A stretch of DNA of 63,306 bases, the filler included, from Globobulimina sp. (taxonomy: Eukaryota), in the NCBI GenBank assembly GCA_003354225.1. It is 27 parts of 27 records of this genome, joined end to end, with 100 filler letters (N's around TTAATTAATTAA, not from the genome) between each part and the next. Parts side by side here need not be neighbours in the genome. Positions count along the whole stretch, not along the records: positions 23,498 to 25,746 come from PIVH01007892.1; positions 25,847 to 28,095 come from PIVH01007893.1; positions 28,196 to 30,444 come from PIVH01007894.1; positions 30,545 to 32,792 come from PIVH01007895.1; positions 32,893 to 35,140 come from PIVH01007896.1; positions 35,241 to 37,488 come from PIVH01007897.1; 21 more parts are not named here. One strand, written 5' to 3'. How positions within the stretch are numbered: position 1 is the first letter of the stretch; every line of letters begins with the position of its first letter. Positions 23,584 to 35,332 of this stretch are shown piece by piece. The notes under the pieces were generated by a model. It did no database searches. It was not told the DNA's origin and saw nothing but the letters and a program-made list of their open reading frames with translations. Position numbers and translations under genes: made by a program.

Positions 23584-24903
23584 TTATTTTTGATTATATG
23601 TACGTCTTACCATTGTAATACATATCAAACAAACGAATACAACAATAACAGAGATTAATATAACACCACCTTCCGATAAACCAAAATTATTCTTTTTATG
23701 TGGAGCATTTGGTTCTGCTGTTGTTTGGTTGTTATTATTTTTGTTGATTACAGTTAAATATTGTTCATGATCTATAAATGCAATGAAATCATCATTTTCC
23801 ACAGTAACAATATAACCAACACCACCAAATGTATGATTTGAATCGTTTGCATAATAAATTAATTCAATCAGAGGTGGCTTAGTTAAACAAGTTCCATTTA
23901 ACGGAATAGTGCTATAATTTTGTAAAATATCCCAATTGTCAGTAAAATTAGTGCCAGCTCCATCAAATGGATCGTTAGTATCTCTTACAAATGCATATTG
24001 TGCATTGAATACACTCATTGCCATTTCTCTGATACTCCATTCCTCATAATACTGTCTGTCGCAATTAATATATTGACAAAACTGTAATATTCCCCACTTT
24101 GATGGAACATGCAAATTAATGATATCCTGTGTGGACCAAACCCAGTTATCCTCAGCAACCCCTTCAATTTTTGAATAAACATAATTTATCACCAAAACAT
24201 GATATTGAACTCGGCTAAAATTTATCCTCCAAAATAATGTGCCGTGTGAAGGATGTTCATAGCTTTGATTGACCAAAATATCGTTTATAGGAAATCTAAT
24301 TTCTGTGCTCCAATAAAAACTTTTTATTTTTGGATTATTTACTTCTCCATTCACGAACGTGCCACATTTTAACAATGGTTTCATTGTCCAACCAGTTTCG
24401 GGATAAACTCTTGTTGAATTTTCAGACCCTCCGACATTGTATGGCTTATTTATACTTAGCATCCACGTTTTGTTTAAAGCGTTCATTTCAAATTCTTTAT
24501 AATAACAATTGCAACCATTTGCATCAAAAAATACTTCGATATCATTTTCGTGAGCAATTATCATATCATCCTCAGTGTAATTGGCCCATATTTGAGGTTC
24601 CATCATTATGGCACCAACATAAATAAATTAATCATCCCACCGGATTTTCATTCTTGTGTCAAATCGCGGGATTACCTCATTCTCAATGTCAATAAAATAA
24701 TCACTGAATTCGATTTCTTCCCAAGCGGCATCGTCTAATTTTCCATCTAATTCAATAGATTGACCTGGACGTAATTTGGGTGAAAGATATTGTTTAGGAT
24801 ACTTTTCGGGAAATGTACAATCAAATTCTTTACTATATGGCTGATTAAAGGATAATAGTAGCACAAATAACATTGGTCCAAAATTATCGAAAACGTTTTT
24901 CAT
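23584..24903 (-). CDS. CBM9-like (DOMON-like carbohydrate-binding) type I membrane protein, interrupted by in-frame TAA (24628-24630)
   Basis: Signal peptide, then IELDGKLDDAAW, TRMKIRWDD*FIYVGAIMMEPQIWA, NDIEVFFD, YKEFEMNALN, WRINFSRVQ, EDNWVWS and LHVP..WG, and a C-terminal TM helix. Confidence 0.8.
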
Positions 24904-24980
24904 GTTTAAACTTACTAACTTACTTTTCATGTTTAAACTTACCCATACTTGGGAATTTCTCACATATATCGCTTTAAAGA

Positions 24981-25514
24981 ATGCAAAAAGTTATGCAATT
25001 GATAAATGAAGTGTTAAATTGTTTGCAATTGGAATTTCCACCACATCCAACTTATTATAAACAGAAAGAATCAATATCTCATTTGTATTCTTTGCTAACA
25101 CCACAATATGTCGAAGAAAAAATAATTTTGCCATTAGGATATAAAATAACAGAATTCTATCAGCTGAAAGATGGCGGAGGAGTCATCAATCCAATATTTA
25201 TTATAAAAGTCATTCAATTGAATCGACCTAATGAAGCTCAACAGTGGTTATTAAGAGTTTGTAATCCTCATTCATTTTGGATAAATAATAAAACACAAAT
25301 TGAGGTTAATAGCATCAAAATGATATAGATTGGGTAAAACAGTATGGATCAGATATGATATTTTATACAATAACATGGTGGGATGAACTGGGTGAGCTAA
25401 ACCGCAGTCATGAAATTCCAAGCTTCATTAGAGTTTTCCTATTTGACCTTCATTTTGCTCATGATCAACTTTTTTTAATCATTTGTGAATTGTTAGAGAA
25501 AAAGCTTAAGTAAA
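24981..25514 (+). pseudogene. Aminoglycoside-phosphotransferase/choline-kinase-like N-lobe, internally deleted and frameshifted
   Basis: GGGVINPIFII...WLLRV.N......KTQIEV fits the APH N-lobe. It then shifts frame to a short C-terminal-like segment; catalytic motifs are absent. Confidence 0.5.
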
Positions 25515-25846
25515 TGTTCGTCTAATCCTTATTTATAATACAATACGATCTTTGTTTACAGTTTCTAATCGAGACGAGAAGATGAGACGAACATTTACTT
25601 ATACATATTTTCATAATCATTGTCGTTCATGTTTTAGGATCCATCGACTTTTGGGATTTTGGAACTTTGCGATTCTTCTGTCCCGCTGCAGATAGAAACG
25701 TTTCTCAAGGTTTTGAGCAGGTTTTTCTGTCAATCAGCAACGCATTNNNNNNNNNNNNNNNNNNNNNNNNNNNNNNNNNNNNNNNNNNNNTTAATTAATT
25801 AANNNNNNNNNNNNNNNNNNNNNNNNNNNNNNNNNNNNNNNNNNNN

Positions 25847-25985
25847 TGTTTGGGTGTGGTTAATGCGAGAATTTGGTGGTTGTGTTTGGGTGTGGTTAAT
25901 GCGAGAATTTGGTGGTTGTGTTTGGGTGTGGTTAATGCGAGAATTTGGTGGTTGTGTTTGGGTGTGGTTAATGCGAGAATTGTGT
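25847..25985. repeat. 36-bp G/T-rich minisatellite, about 3.8 copies
   Basis: Unit TGTTTGGGTGTGGTTAATGCGAGAATTTGGTGGTTG repeated head to tail with no spacers. Confidence 0.95.
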
Positions 25986-26031
25986 GGATGTTTTGGGTGT
26001 GAATTGCGCGGCAAACACAATCAGACAAGTT

Positions 26032-27504
26032 TCAAAAAATGTAATTTATATATAAAAAACATACCATTGCAAATGTGCTAAATCTCCGCTCATAAACAGG
26101 CACCATACAACACATTTTATTATGTTTATTTATTTTAATAATCATTTGGTAATTATTGTCGCCCAAAATATCTGCTTCATTATAAATTATAAATATATTA
26201 TTACATACTGTTTCTGTTAATTTATGTTGCGAAATTTCTGATGATTTCTTTTTTGATTCCTTGCAGATCTGCATACTGTCTTTTTTATGCTTTAATGTAT
26301 TCCCATAATCCGGCTTTATATTAATATTCTTTATAAATTTATTACATGTCTTCTTCTCGCAATACTTTGTACCGCAACACTTATAAATAATTAATTTTGA
26401 TCCATATCGACCTTCTAAATAATCCATTTTCGTCGCTTTAATAATTGCATCTTTATCTTTACCATCAATAAATGAATAATAATCTGATTCCAATGGATCA
26501 CAAATAACTGATATTTTTGATACATTTATAGCTTCGTGATTTCTCTTTGTTTGATAATTATAATAAGCCGCTGTTTCTAATAACGGCGTCATAGCCAACG
26601 GTTTTGAAATAATATTTTGATTCAATGATTTATGTAATTCTTTAAAAATAATGACATGTAATTTGCCATTCATCCATTTAATACTTACATTCTCATTGTT
26701 GCTATATTCGATGTTCATCTTTATATTATTTAATAATAATTTACATGGATTAATATCTTGCGACTCATACGAAATATCTTTATATTCTGATTCGCCATTA
26801 ATTTCATTGACCGCCAACCCAATATTTTCATTCAAATCATGCATAAATAAATTGTTGTTGTTGTTGTTGGTAATAGCCGGTGGAATTGATTCGTCATTTA
26901 AATTAAATGTAGGCGGTGATTGTATGTTGTTTCTCATCGGTTGTAATTGTGGAGAAACTATAGGATATGATGGAGTGCAATTTGTTGTGGTTGGTGGTAG
27001 TTGTGGCGTCGTTGGAATTGAATCGTTGTGATTCGACTGTACCATTTGATTGGTATTTGACTGTGCTGATTCAGTGACTAAATTAGAATCACCAAATAGC
27101 GGAACTGATGTTGGCTGCATGCTCGACATTGACATGATAAAGTTTTTAATGTCGGGCATTTAATGTAACCATAAAAACAGCTTTGCGGAAAAGTTTTTAG
27201 ACTGCCGCAAATCTGTTTCACAACTACAAAAGCTCCACACTTCTGTTCCGCAAAAAAGTTGCCGAGGCAATGCGTGATAATCCAATGAATCATTGTTTGT
27301 GTGTAGAATTAAATGGAATGTGCGTAATTGTTGTAATTTCACCATGGGAAATACCTCATTTTCACCCACGATATTCCAATGCATAGATAATGAATGTAAA
27401 CATGGGTCGAAATGACCGCTGTAATATTCGTTATACTGCCGCAACCGTAATTTTCTGAGAAAAAAATCAGTTTCAATATCAGCGAAAGATAACGTTTTTG
27501 TCAT
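26032..27504 (-). CDS. Hypothetical protein with Cys/His-rich (GCM/WRKY-like?) region; one in-frame TAA at 27160-27162
   Basis: The upstream ORF ends LWLH-TAA directly before the in-frame ATG of the 375-aa ORF. Contains YKCCGTKYCEKKTC...CNNIFII...KHNKMCC. Confidence 0.45.
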
Positions 27505-28195
27505 AATTGATTTGTTTACAAAACTTAATTTGAGTATGTTGCACATGCAAAGTTTGCGGATCGTCACCGTCACTGTCACTGTCAGCGTCTTCCAATGATA
27601 AATTGGGTGGAAAATGCACATGTAATTTTGCCAGGAAGCATCAAAGGAATATCATAATACGTATTATGTTGCAATTGGATGGTATTTATACAATGTTTTA
27701 TACGCGATATAATTGTTGATTACAATAGTGATTATTCGCAGAGATAATATCAAGTGTCTCATTACCACCAGCCGTTAAAATGTATAATTTCTGTATTTGG
27801 TATCAATTTAGGCAAATATTGAATTAAATAATTAAACCATAATAATGATTTTAATCCATTCCAATATGCTGCAAACGACGTCTAATGGCTATATATATGA
27901 TTTTATTTTTTATTTTTTTTTATTTTTTATTGCAAAATCGCCTGTTGTTTTTGAGATTGCTTTTAAACTAAGATAGCATATGCATATGTTACATAGATGT
28001 TTCGTATGTAAACCGCTATCGTAGTTTAAAAATCCAATCTCGGCTAGAAGTGACTGTAAAAGTGACATGGTCTAACATGTTAAGCCTCCGAACTTNNNNN
28101 NNNNNNNNNNNNNNNNNNNNNNNNNNNNNNNNNNNNNNNTTAATTAATTAANNNNNNNNNNNNNNNNNNNNNNNNNNNNNNNNNNNNNNNNNNNN

Positions 28196-28579
28196 TTCGG
28201 ACTTAGTTTAGTCGACAAACATGCAGTGGCCCTAGGAATTGGTGTTGGTGTATTGGGTTTAGGTGGTACTATATGGGGAGGCTCTAAATATTGGGAACGT
28301 ACTGATGCAGCGTGTCAAGCATATAAAAATGCAAATAAAGTCACAACAATGTTGGCTAAAATGATTAAGCAATCTCTGAAACTTGAAAACGGAATAAAAT
28401 TATTGGATGACACACAAGAAAAAGTAAAAAAAGAGTGTGATTATTTAAAAACTGCAGCATCGACAAGAAGGATGAAGACGGCTTTGTGTGTTATCGATGA
28501 ACATTTATCCAAATATATTGTGCAAGGCCAAGTTGTCATTAAAACAGTAAATGCAGCCTGTAAATCTTATATTAATTAA
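28196..28579 (+). CDS. C-terminal part of hypothetical membrane/coiled-coil protein
   Basis: Gly-rich hydrophobic segment followed by a helical region; open from near the contig start. Confidence 0.4.
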   Translation, partial: FGLSLVDKHAVALGIGVGVLGLGGTIWGGSKYWERTDAACQAYKNANKVTTMLAKMIKQSLKLENGIKLLDDTQEKVKKECDYLKTAASTRRMKTALCVIDEHLSKYIVQGQVVIKTVNAACKSYIN

Positions 28580-28894
28580 ATTCTGTCTTTGCATGTTTCT
28601 ATTTTATTTTATTATTTCTATTTTATAAAATCTGTCTTTGTGTATGTGTTCCATTAATATATGAATGGATTTAACAATTACCAAAGATTTATATTCAATA
28701 TTATTATTACCAAAGATTTAACAATTACCAAAGATTAAAACTTTCATTATCATAAAATCATAATATTCGATCAGTCAAACTCATCATCATTGAAAATCAT
28801 GCATGACATTAATTTAATGGTTAAAATCTGTAGGAATTAAAAACCTCAAAGCTTAAGTTCACACTCACACAATTATAAATGGATTGCTTTCATT

Positions 28895-30073
28895 TCAAAA
28901 TCCCTGCAAATAACATTTTTTGAATGCATCGCATTTGCACTTACAAATTGGACAAACCAATTTGATCACATCCTTTTGAGATCGATAACAATCCCAACAA
29001 AGACACAAATGCATGCAGGGAATTGCAATTGTATCAATTTGATTCATTGAACACACCACACACAAATGGGTATCGACATCCATATCCTCATTCTTTTTAT
29101 ACTCATTATTATCTTTCTTCATTTTATTCGACGTTAATAAATGAATGTGATCCAATAAAATATTTCTGTCCCTTTTATACAAAACAACATCTCTCAAAAA
29201 TAAGTCATTGATTTGCTCCAAATCTTTACCAGTTACATTTTTATTCTTTAATACACCAAATAATTTTTCATATTTATCCTCCATAAACTTTCCATTTTCA
29301 ATAAATTGCATCCATTCAATAACTTGTGTGCTGTTCCACGAATTCCATTCTTTCATTATTTCCATCTCTTTGTTGATAATTTTTGAATTTAATATTTCAA
29401 TTTGTGTATCAATGTGTTTCCATATTTCATGATCAATTATGTCCAGCATTGAGATTACATTATTTTCCAAGATTATTAAATGTCGTTTTATATTTTTTAA
29501 CGATAAATCACATTCTTTATCAAAATCTTCGTTGTCTTTAATAGTTTTCATCACAAAAGATAGTTTCTGTTCAATTGTACTATGATTTGTTCCTATTTTT
29601 AATTGGTTTTTTAAATTATAGGCAGCTAATTTTGAATGAGACCAAACTGACTGATTCGCTGATTTCTGGTTTTCTGCGTTGTGCAAACCAGTGTTTTTCA
29701 GAGTGATTTGAGATTTTAGTTTGGATAATAACTGAGGATGAGTTGTTTCTTTATATTCAGCCATTTTGTGTTTACATTCAGTTATTTCCTGTTTAATGCA
29801 TTGTAACTCTGCAATATATGTTGCGGAGAGTATGGTTGGTTCGACTTTGAATACGTTTGACAACGTTGATTTAAGTTGTTTTTGTGCATCATGGAAAACT
29901 GGCAATTTGTCAATTATATTCAGTACTTCATCGGCCACAAAATCATGTTTGATTTCTTTATTAATATTATTTTGCTCTGTTACAACGTCCATTTTTTTAT
30001 CCTCTTGGTCATCATGGACATGATGTATTTTCTTTGCCTTTGATTTCCTTCTAAAACGCCAGAGAATCGACAT
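28895..30073 (-). CDS. Coiled-coil + SAM-like + C3HC4 RING E3 ligase
   Basis: WNSTQVIEWMQFIENGKF...VTGKDL...DRNILL.HI (SAM-like) and CVVC...AIPCMHLCLCWDC...CPICK (RING). Confidence 0.85.
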   Translation of the reverse strand: MSILWRFRRKSKAKKIHHVHDDQEDKKMDVVTEQNNINKEIKHDFVADEVLNIIDKLPVFHDAQKQLKSTLSNVFKVEPTILSATYIAELQCIKQEITECKHKMAEYKETTHPQLLSKLKSQITLKNTGLHNAENQKSANQSVWSHSKLAAYNLKNQLKIGTNHSTIEQKLSFVMKTIKDNEDFDKECDLSLKNIKRHLIILENNVISMLDIIDHEIWKHIDTQIEILNSKIINKEMEIMKEWNSWNSTQVIEWMQFIENGKFMEDKYEKLFGVLKNKNVTGKDLEQINDLFLRDVVLYKRDRNILLDHIHLLTSNKMKKDNNEYKKNEDMDVDTHLCVVCSMNQIDTIAIPCMHLCLCWDCYRSQKDVIKLVCPICKCKCDAFKKCYLQGF

Positions 30074-30544
30074 GTTTATTTAACACTGGACCAACAAAAA
30101 AACTTTAAGCTTGTTGCAGAAAATTTTTATTACAGTGTTGTTTTATACAATACAGAATCATTTAGATGACTTGTTTGAAATTGTGAAGATATTCTAAACT
30201 TATATAAATTAAAGTTTTTCAAAACTCGAAAAGTTTCATCTGTAAATGTTTGTGTTAGCAGTGTCCTGTATATCGTTGATATTAATTCATATGCAAATAT
30301 TGGATCCGTATACAGACCACTGAGACCAGCAAATGGATATTCCAGCGCTCTTCAAGCATTAAGACATGAATGGGATCGTACTGCATACAAAGTGCTCAGT
30401 TTCGTATCATTTCTATTACATAATTAATGGACACACACATTATGNNNNNNNNNNNNNNNNNNNNNNNNNNNNNNNNNNNNNNNNNNNNTTAATTAATTAA
30501 NNNNNNNNNNNNNNNNNNNNNNNNNNNNNNNNNNNNNNNNNNNN

Positions 30545-32792
30545 CTGATATAATAACTGCTTAATTTGTTGAAATACAATTTGCGACCCATCCGCTTGCA
30601 AATATTTTGATAATGTATTCCTTATAAAATCAATTTCAATCAATATTTGAAGTGCGCCGTTGGGAGAGAAGGAATCAATTTGTTTTATGGTAGATAGTAA
30701 ATGATCAGAGACCTTCTCTAACAATGAAATTAACACATTATCTAATTCTTGTTTTGACGAATTATAAACTTCATTATGAATAAACACAAAATGTAACAAT
30801 AACTGCAGGCAATGATTCCTTATCCCTTTGATCTCACTCAATGTCTCCCAATTAATGCCATCACATAACAACGAATTATCGATGACGCGATTTAACAGCA
30901 ACGTTTTACACCGCACGTACTTATCAAACACCATTTGTTCCACTGAATTATACAAATCAATTAAATTATTCTTCGATGATTCCAAAATGGAAATATATTC
31001 AATCCCGATAATGCCCGATTTTTTGATATATTTTGTCCAAATCCTTTCTAAAATAGTTTCTTTTGTATAAATGCTGTTCCCTAAGATATACAACAACTTC
31101 TTATCCGACGATTTCTCGCTATAATTACTCAAAATATTGATTTTATCATTATTCACATTCTCATTCTCCCCGTCCACGTCACGTAAACTGATCAATTCAT
31201 GCAAGCAATCTGCAAAAATCTTATGTGATTCAATAAAATAAGAAGCAATCAACGGAACTAACCACAATGCATTCAATGAGTATGATTGTATATTATTATT
31301 CTGATCAATGTCCTCCTCATCCGATCCCGACATGGATGAGATATCATCTCTGAATGGTAGAAATTGCTCGGATTCATCCTCGATGTCAACCTCTATTGGT
31401 GGCAATTGATTTTGTTGCGGTACGTATTGGTCGTCCGCATCATATATGCTTTTAATACCAATGTCAACCACAATTTGCAGCGTTTTTGCAATGTGGTCGC
31501 TAAATATCAACGGAGTGGTGGTCACCCCTGGAATGTCGCGATGTGGTTTCCATTGTTCAATGCATAAAGTACTTAAAATATATTTCAATGATTTCTCAAA
31601 TAAATTGTTCAAAAAAGATTGCACGATTTGTGAGATCAAATGGTCAATGCCATAGACATAAAATGGATCGATTCCGATGCATTTTATCTCGCTGTAGGCG
31701 GACAATAAAAATTTTAAGATCTCTTTTGAATGCGCTTTCTTTCTGTTTTTATCCTTGACATTCACCGCCAATTCAATATAACTGATAAACTTCGCAGTAA
31801 CTTCACCAAATAGCTGTTTTACAATCTTTTCCTTTTCGTAATCTTTTTTGACTTTTCTCGCTTTCTTATCTTGTGTATTTTGATAATTATCTTTGCTAAA
31901 TTTCGACTCAATGATTGATTTCGACAGCTTCCAAAACGAAGGAATATCGGAAATAAAACACTGACACAACTTCTTTATGGATTGTTGACATTCGTTCAAT
32001 TTAAGAATGATTGCTTTATGTCGCTGTTTCAAGAAATAAATGGCGGGATTCGTGTCGCAATCCAATTGAATCAAATACAAAATGATGCGTTCCTGCTCAT
32101 CGCTGAAAGTATCACAATCCGACTCTGATAATTTGAGCAATAAATCTTCCTTCAACGTCGCAATCGTATTATTCAATTCAAATAAAATCTTATTCAACAA
32201 AGTATTTTGATTAATTTGCGATTTCAATGCATTCACTCGCTTATAAATCCGAATAATTTGCTCGTAATTTCGCATCATAATGTGATATTTTATAGTTTGC
32301 GGCAACGTGAATAGAAATTTAAACGAAGGCTGTTTGATTAATTGCAGTGTCTCATACAATATCTTTGCTTTCTTGGTGCGTTGCAATACATTGCCGTAGA
32401 TATTGCAGGCATTGCTATCAATATCCAACAATCGCTGCGTGATTTCCTTGCTATTTACCAACATGTTACCGGAGCTGTCATTGTTTTTTAACATTTTATG
32501 TATGGAATCGATGGTATCTTTGCAATACACAAACTCATCAAAATGCTCACTCACTAATTCCTTCATTTTGTGCGACTGATCGCGCACAAACTTCTCGATT
32601 TTATCCAAACCGTTTTGTAACTCATCGAAATCAGTTTCGTTGTGGATCTCCACCAAAAAATTAGTGGCATTGAAATTTTCATACGTAATACACGGCGAAT
32701 ATTGATAATAAGTATCGATGATATCGTTGATGTCGTTGGTTCGCTCAATGCGCAAATCGAAAAACAATTTCTTTTTCTTATTGAACGCCTCA
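30545..32792 (-). CDS. EXOC2: Exocyst complex component 2 (Sec5), internal fragment
   Basis: MKELVSEHFDEFVYCKDTIDSIH, FKFLFTLPQTI, Y..II..YKR, C.TNPA..FL, L..FVFIHNEV and FSPNGALQILIEIDFI...L are Sec5 hallmarks. Confidence 0.88.
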
Positions 32793-33012
32793 NNNNNNNN
32801 NNNNNNNNNNNNNNNNNNNNNNNNNNNNNNNNNNNNTTAATTAATTAANNNNNNNNNNNNNNNNNNNNNNNNNNNNNNNNNNNNNNNNNNNNAACCGCAA
32901 AAAAAACAAAAAAAAAAAAGAAAAAAAAAAAAAAAAAGAAAAAATAAAAAAAAAAAAAAAGAAAAAAAAAATTAAAAACAAAAAAAATAAAAAAACTAAA
33001 AACACCGTTTCT

Positions 33013-34779
33013 TTGTCTGACTTAAATGACATTGCCGACCAATGGGCCAATGAAAAACCACTACGTTCGCCGTCCGTCACTCCTTCGCATAAATCGAATG
33101 ATAATCCATTTGACAATCAACCGCAACAAACGCAGCAACAACAACCGCTATCTGCACAACAGCAACAACAACACCACCAACACCAACAACAAATGCCGCC
33201 ACACAAAGACCTTCCAAATGCAGATCATTATAATGCACCGCAATTGAATGCAAATATTGCAAATATTCCAAATATTCCGCAGCCGCAATTAAATCCACCA
33301 ACATCGAAATTGCAAGAATGGGTTTCATTGGCAAAACAACCTAAATTCAAATCGTCCGCTACCTCCGCTTCTTCTTCTTCCTCTGTCTCTGCCGCGGCCT
33401 CTGTTTCTTTCCCAGCTGGCAACAACAAACCAGATGTCGTAAAAGGAGAGTTATCACAAAACAAAGTATCACAAACACAAACAACAAACTATCGACGAGC
33501 TCCACATCACCAACAATACACACAACAAACACAAATAAATTCGCGTCAAATACAACAGCAACAAGCGCCGCAACAACATCATCATCAACATCCACATCAA
33601 CATCAACAAAATCATCCTCATCCTCATCCTCAGCAACAACAAAGCCACAGTTTATCGAGTGAGCGAGAACGAGAACGAGAGGTTTTATCCACTTGGGATC
33701 GCTTAAAAGAGTCAATTGTTTGTGGTGATCGTATATTTATTGAGATCCCCTGTTCCTCAAAGTCGTCGCCTTACATCTTAGTGTCGACTGCATCCATATT
33801 ACAGGAATGGAGTGATAGATTGGAAGATTTTCATCGATGGTGTACCCAATATGGGTTATGCCGATTTTTACCAATATCGCAATGTGCAAACAATTATAAT
33901 CAGAATAATAATTCGCGTGCAGTGATATTGGAATTTTCATTTGTAAACAATGCAAAAATTGCTCGTGAGAAATTAGAGAAAAAATTATCGAGCAAAATAT
34001 CTTTTGTTGAATGGAGGTTTGGCCACGCATACTTTTTCAAGCATTCCTATGTGAAACTGAATGAAGAGATAATTATGACAGGCAAAGAGTTCAAGCGCAT
34101 GGACCAGATCCTGCTCAGCAAGGCCACCAAGAAGAGCCAGGCCAACAACAACAAGAACAAGAACGGAGTGCTGCGGCCCTGGGAGGCCTATCCACACTTA
34201 TCACTCCCTATCGATTATCAGAGCATAATATCCTCGCCAGAGCCGGACGAAGCGACCACCACATCCAGCAATTGCAACACAAACACAAACACCACCACCA
34301 CCACCAACACCCGCAGCAGCAGCAGCGATGACACTGACAATGAGAATGAGAATAACAGCCAGCTGATATATTATGAGGAGGATCCGCAACAACGACAAGA
34401 AGAAGAAGAAAACACTGAAGAAGAGGAGGAAGAGGAAGAGGAAGAGGAAGAGGAAGAAGAGGCCAAAAGAAATGTAAACGTGGAAGGGAATAAAATAATT
34501 TATGCGGATCGGATATTGTATATTGGCGATATTGTGTATATGACGTTGTATCCGCGAGTTCCATTTATCATTCATAAAAACATTGGTAACGGATATGTAG
34601 AGATTTTGAAGCCAGATAATACAAAAGAATGTGTAGCAATATCGTGTTTACAAAATGCATTATCTTTTCCCTCATTACATCAAGATACAAAAAATGAAAA
34701 TGAGTTAAGATTTCGGCAATCATTGTTAGAAGCTTTGAGTGAATGTCAATTGGATTACTTATTAGTTTGTATGGAATAA
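33013..34779 (+). CDS. Q/H-rich low-complexity protein with RRM-like central region and poly-E tract
   Basis: 588-aa ORF. Central ..FHRWCTQYG...AVILEFSFVNNAKIAREKL...VEWRFG is RRM-like. Confidence 0.6.
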   Translation: MSDLNDIADQWANEKPLRSPSVTPSHKSNDNPFDNQPQQTQQQQPLSAQQQQQHHQHQQQMPPHKDLPNADHYNAPQLNANIANIPNIPQPQLNPPTSKLQEWVSLAKQPKFKSSATSASSSSSVSAAASVSFPAGNNKPDVVKGELSQNKVSQTQTTNYRRAPHHQQYTQQTQINSRQIQQQQAPQQHHHQHPHQHQQNHPHPHPQQQQSHSLSSEREREREVLSTWDRLKESIVCGDRIFIEIPCSSKSSPYILVSTASILQEWSDRLEDFHRWCTQYGLCRFLPISQCANNYNQNNNSRAVILEFSFVNNAKIAREKLEKKLSSKISFVEWRFGHAYFFKHSYVKLNEEIIMTGKEFKRMDQILLSKATKKSQANNNKNKNGVLRPWEAYPHLSLPIDYQSIISSPEPDEATTTSSNCNTNTNTTTTTNTRSSSSDDTDNENENNSQLIYYEEDPQQRQEEEENTEEEEEEEEEEEEEEEAKRNVNVEGNKIIYADRILYIGDIVYMTLYPRVPFIIHKNIGNGYVEILKPDNTKECVAISCLQNALSFPSLHQDTKNENELRFRQSLLEALSECQLDYLLVCME

Positions 34780-35062
34780 CCAAAGTAATTTAACATTGTT
34801 GTATTTTATTTGTTTGTCTAATTTCAATGGTAGATTGATTTTACAATATATTTTGACACCTCACACCTCACACTTGTATTGTTAACATGAACAAGTATCC
34901 TCGCACATTATTGCAATTTCATACAATTTGACAGCGTCCGTAAACCCAATGCACCTGCACCAATCCTGATTTTGTATTATAAAATGCCGAGCCTAGGTTT
35001 CCTAAATAGCTGCCGAGGCGAACATTCAGGGGCAGCGCCGGTGCAAAAAGCTTTAAAAAACT

Positions 35063-35140
35063 TACAGTAGTGTTCCCGATAAGAGGTACGCATATTAGTA
35101 CTAATATATATATATTAGTTACTAATATATTTATATTCTG
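35063..35140 (+). mobile_element. Terminus of Tc1/mariner-pogo-like DNA transposon or MITE, copy 2
   Basis: Identical to 23301-23378; begins TA|CAGTAG. Confidence 0.75.
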
Positions 35141-35332
35141 NNNNNNNNNNNNNNNNNNNNNNNNNNNNNNNNNNNNNNNNNNNNTTAATTAATTAANNNN
35201 NNNNNNNNNNNNNNNNNNNNNNNNNNNNNNNNNNNNNNNNAAATTTACAGACAGCGACTCCTCTCTTTTTAGTTTTTATATATTTAAATTCCTAAATGAA
35301 TTGTTTATGTCAAAGTGCCGAAACACTAACTT

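Noticed and set aside
25847-25985. 36-bp repeats as a CRISPR array or telomere
   Set aside because: Units are head to tail with no unique spacers and no cas genes, and they are not a simple telomeric repeat.
32893-33003. Long A-rich tract at the contig start
   Set aside because: Low-complexity or low-quality contig edge; the antisense Phe-rich ORF is spurious.
34993-35036. GC-rich hairpin plus CTAG as a Helitron 3' end (minus strand)
   Set aside because: The loop is long, CTAG is not followed by T, and there is no Rep/helicase or second copy.
35241-35275. Possible 5' end of RNase P RNA on the minus strand (GAGAGGAGTCGCTGTCTG)
   Set aside because: Only about 35 nt before the contig edge, and the conserved P4 sequence is not visible, so it cannot be supported.
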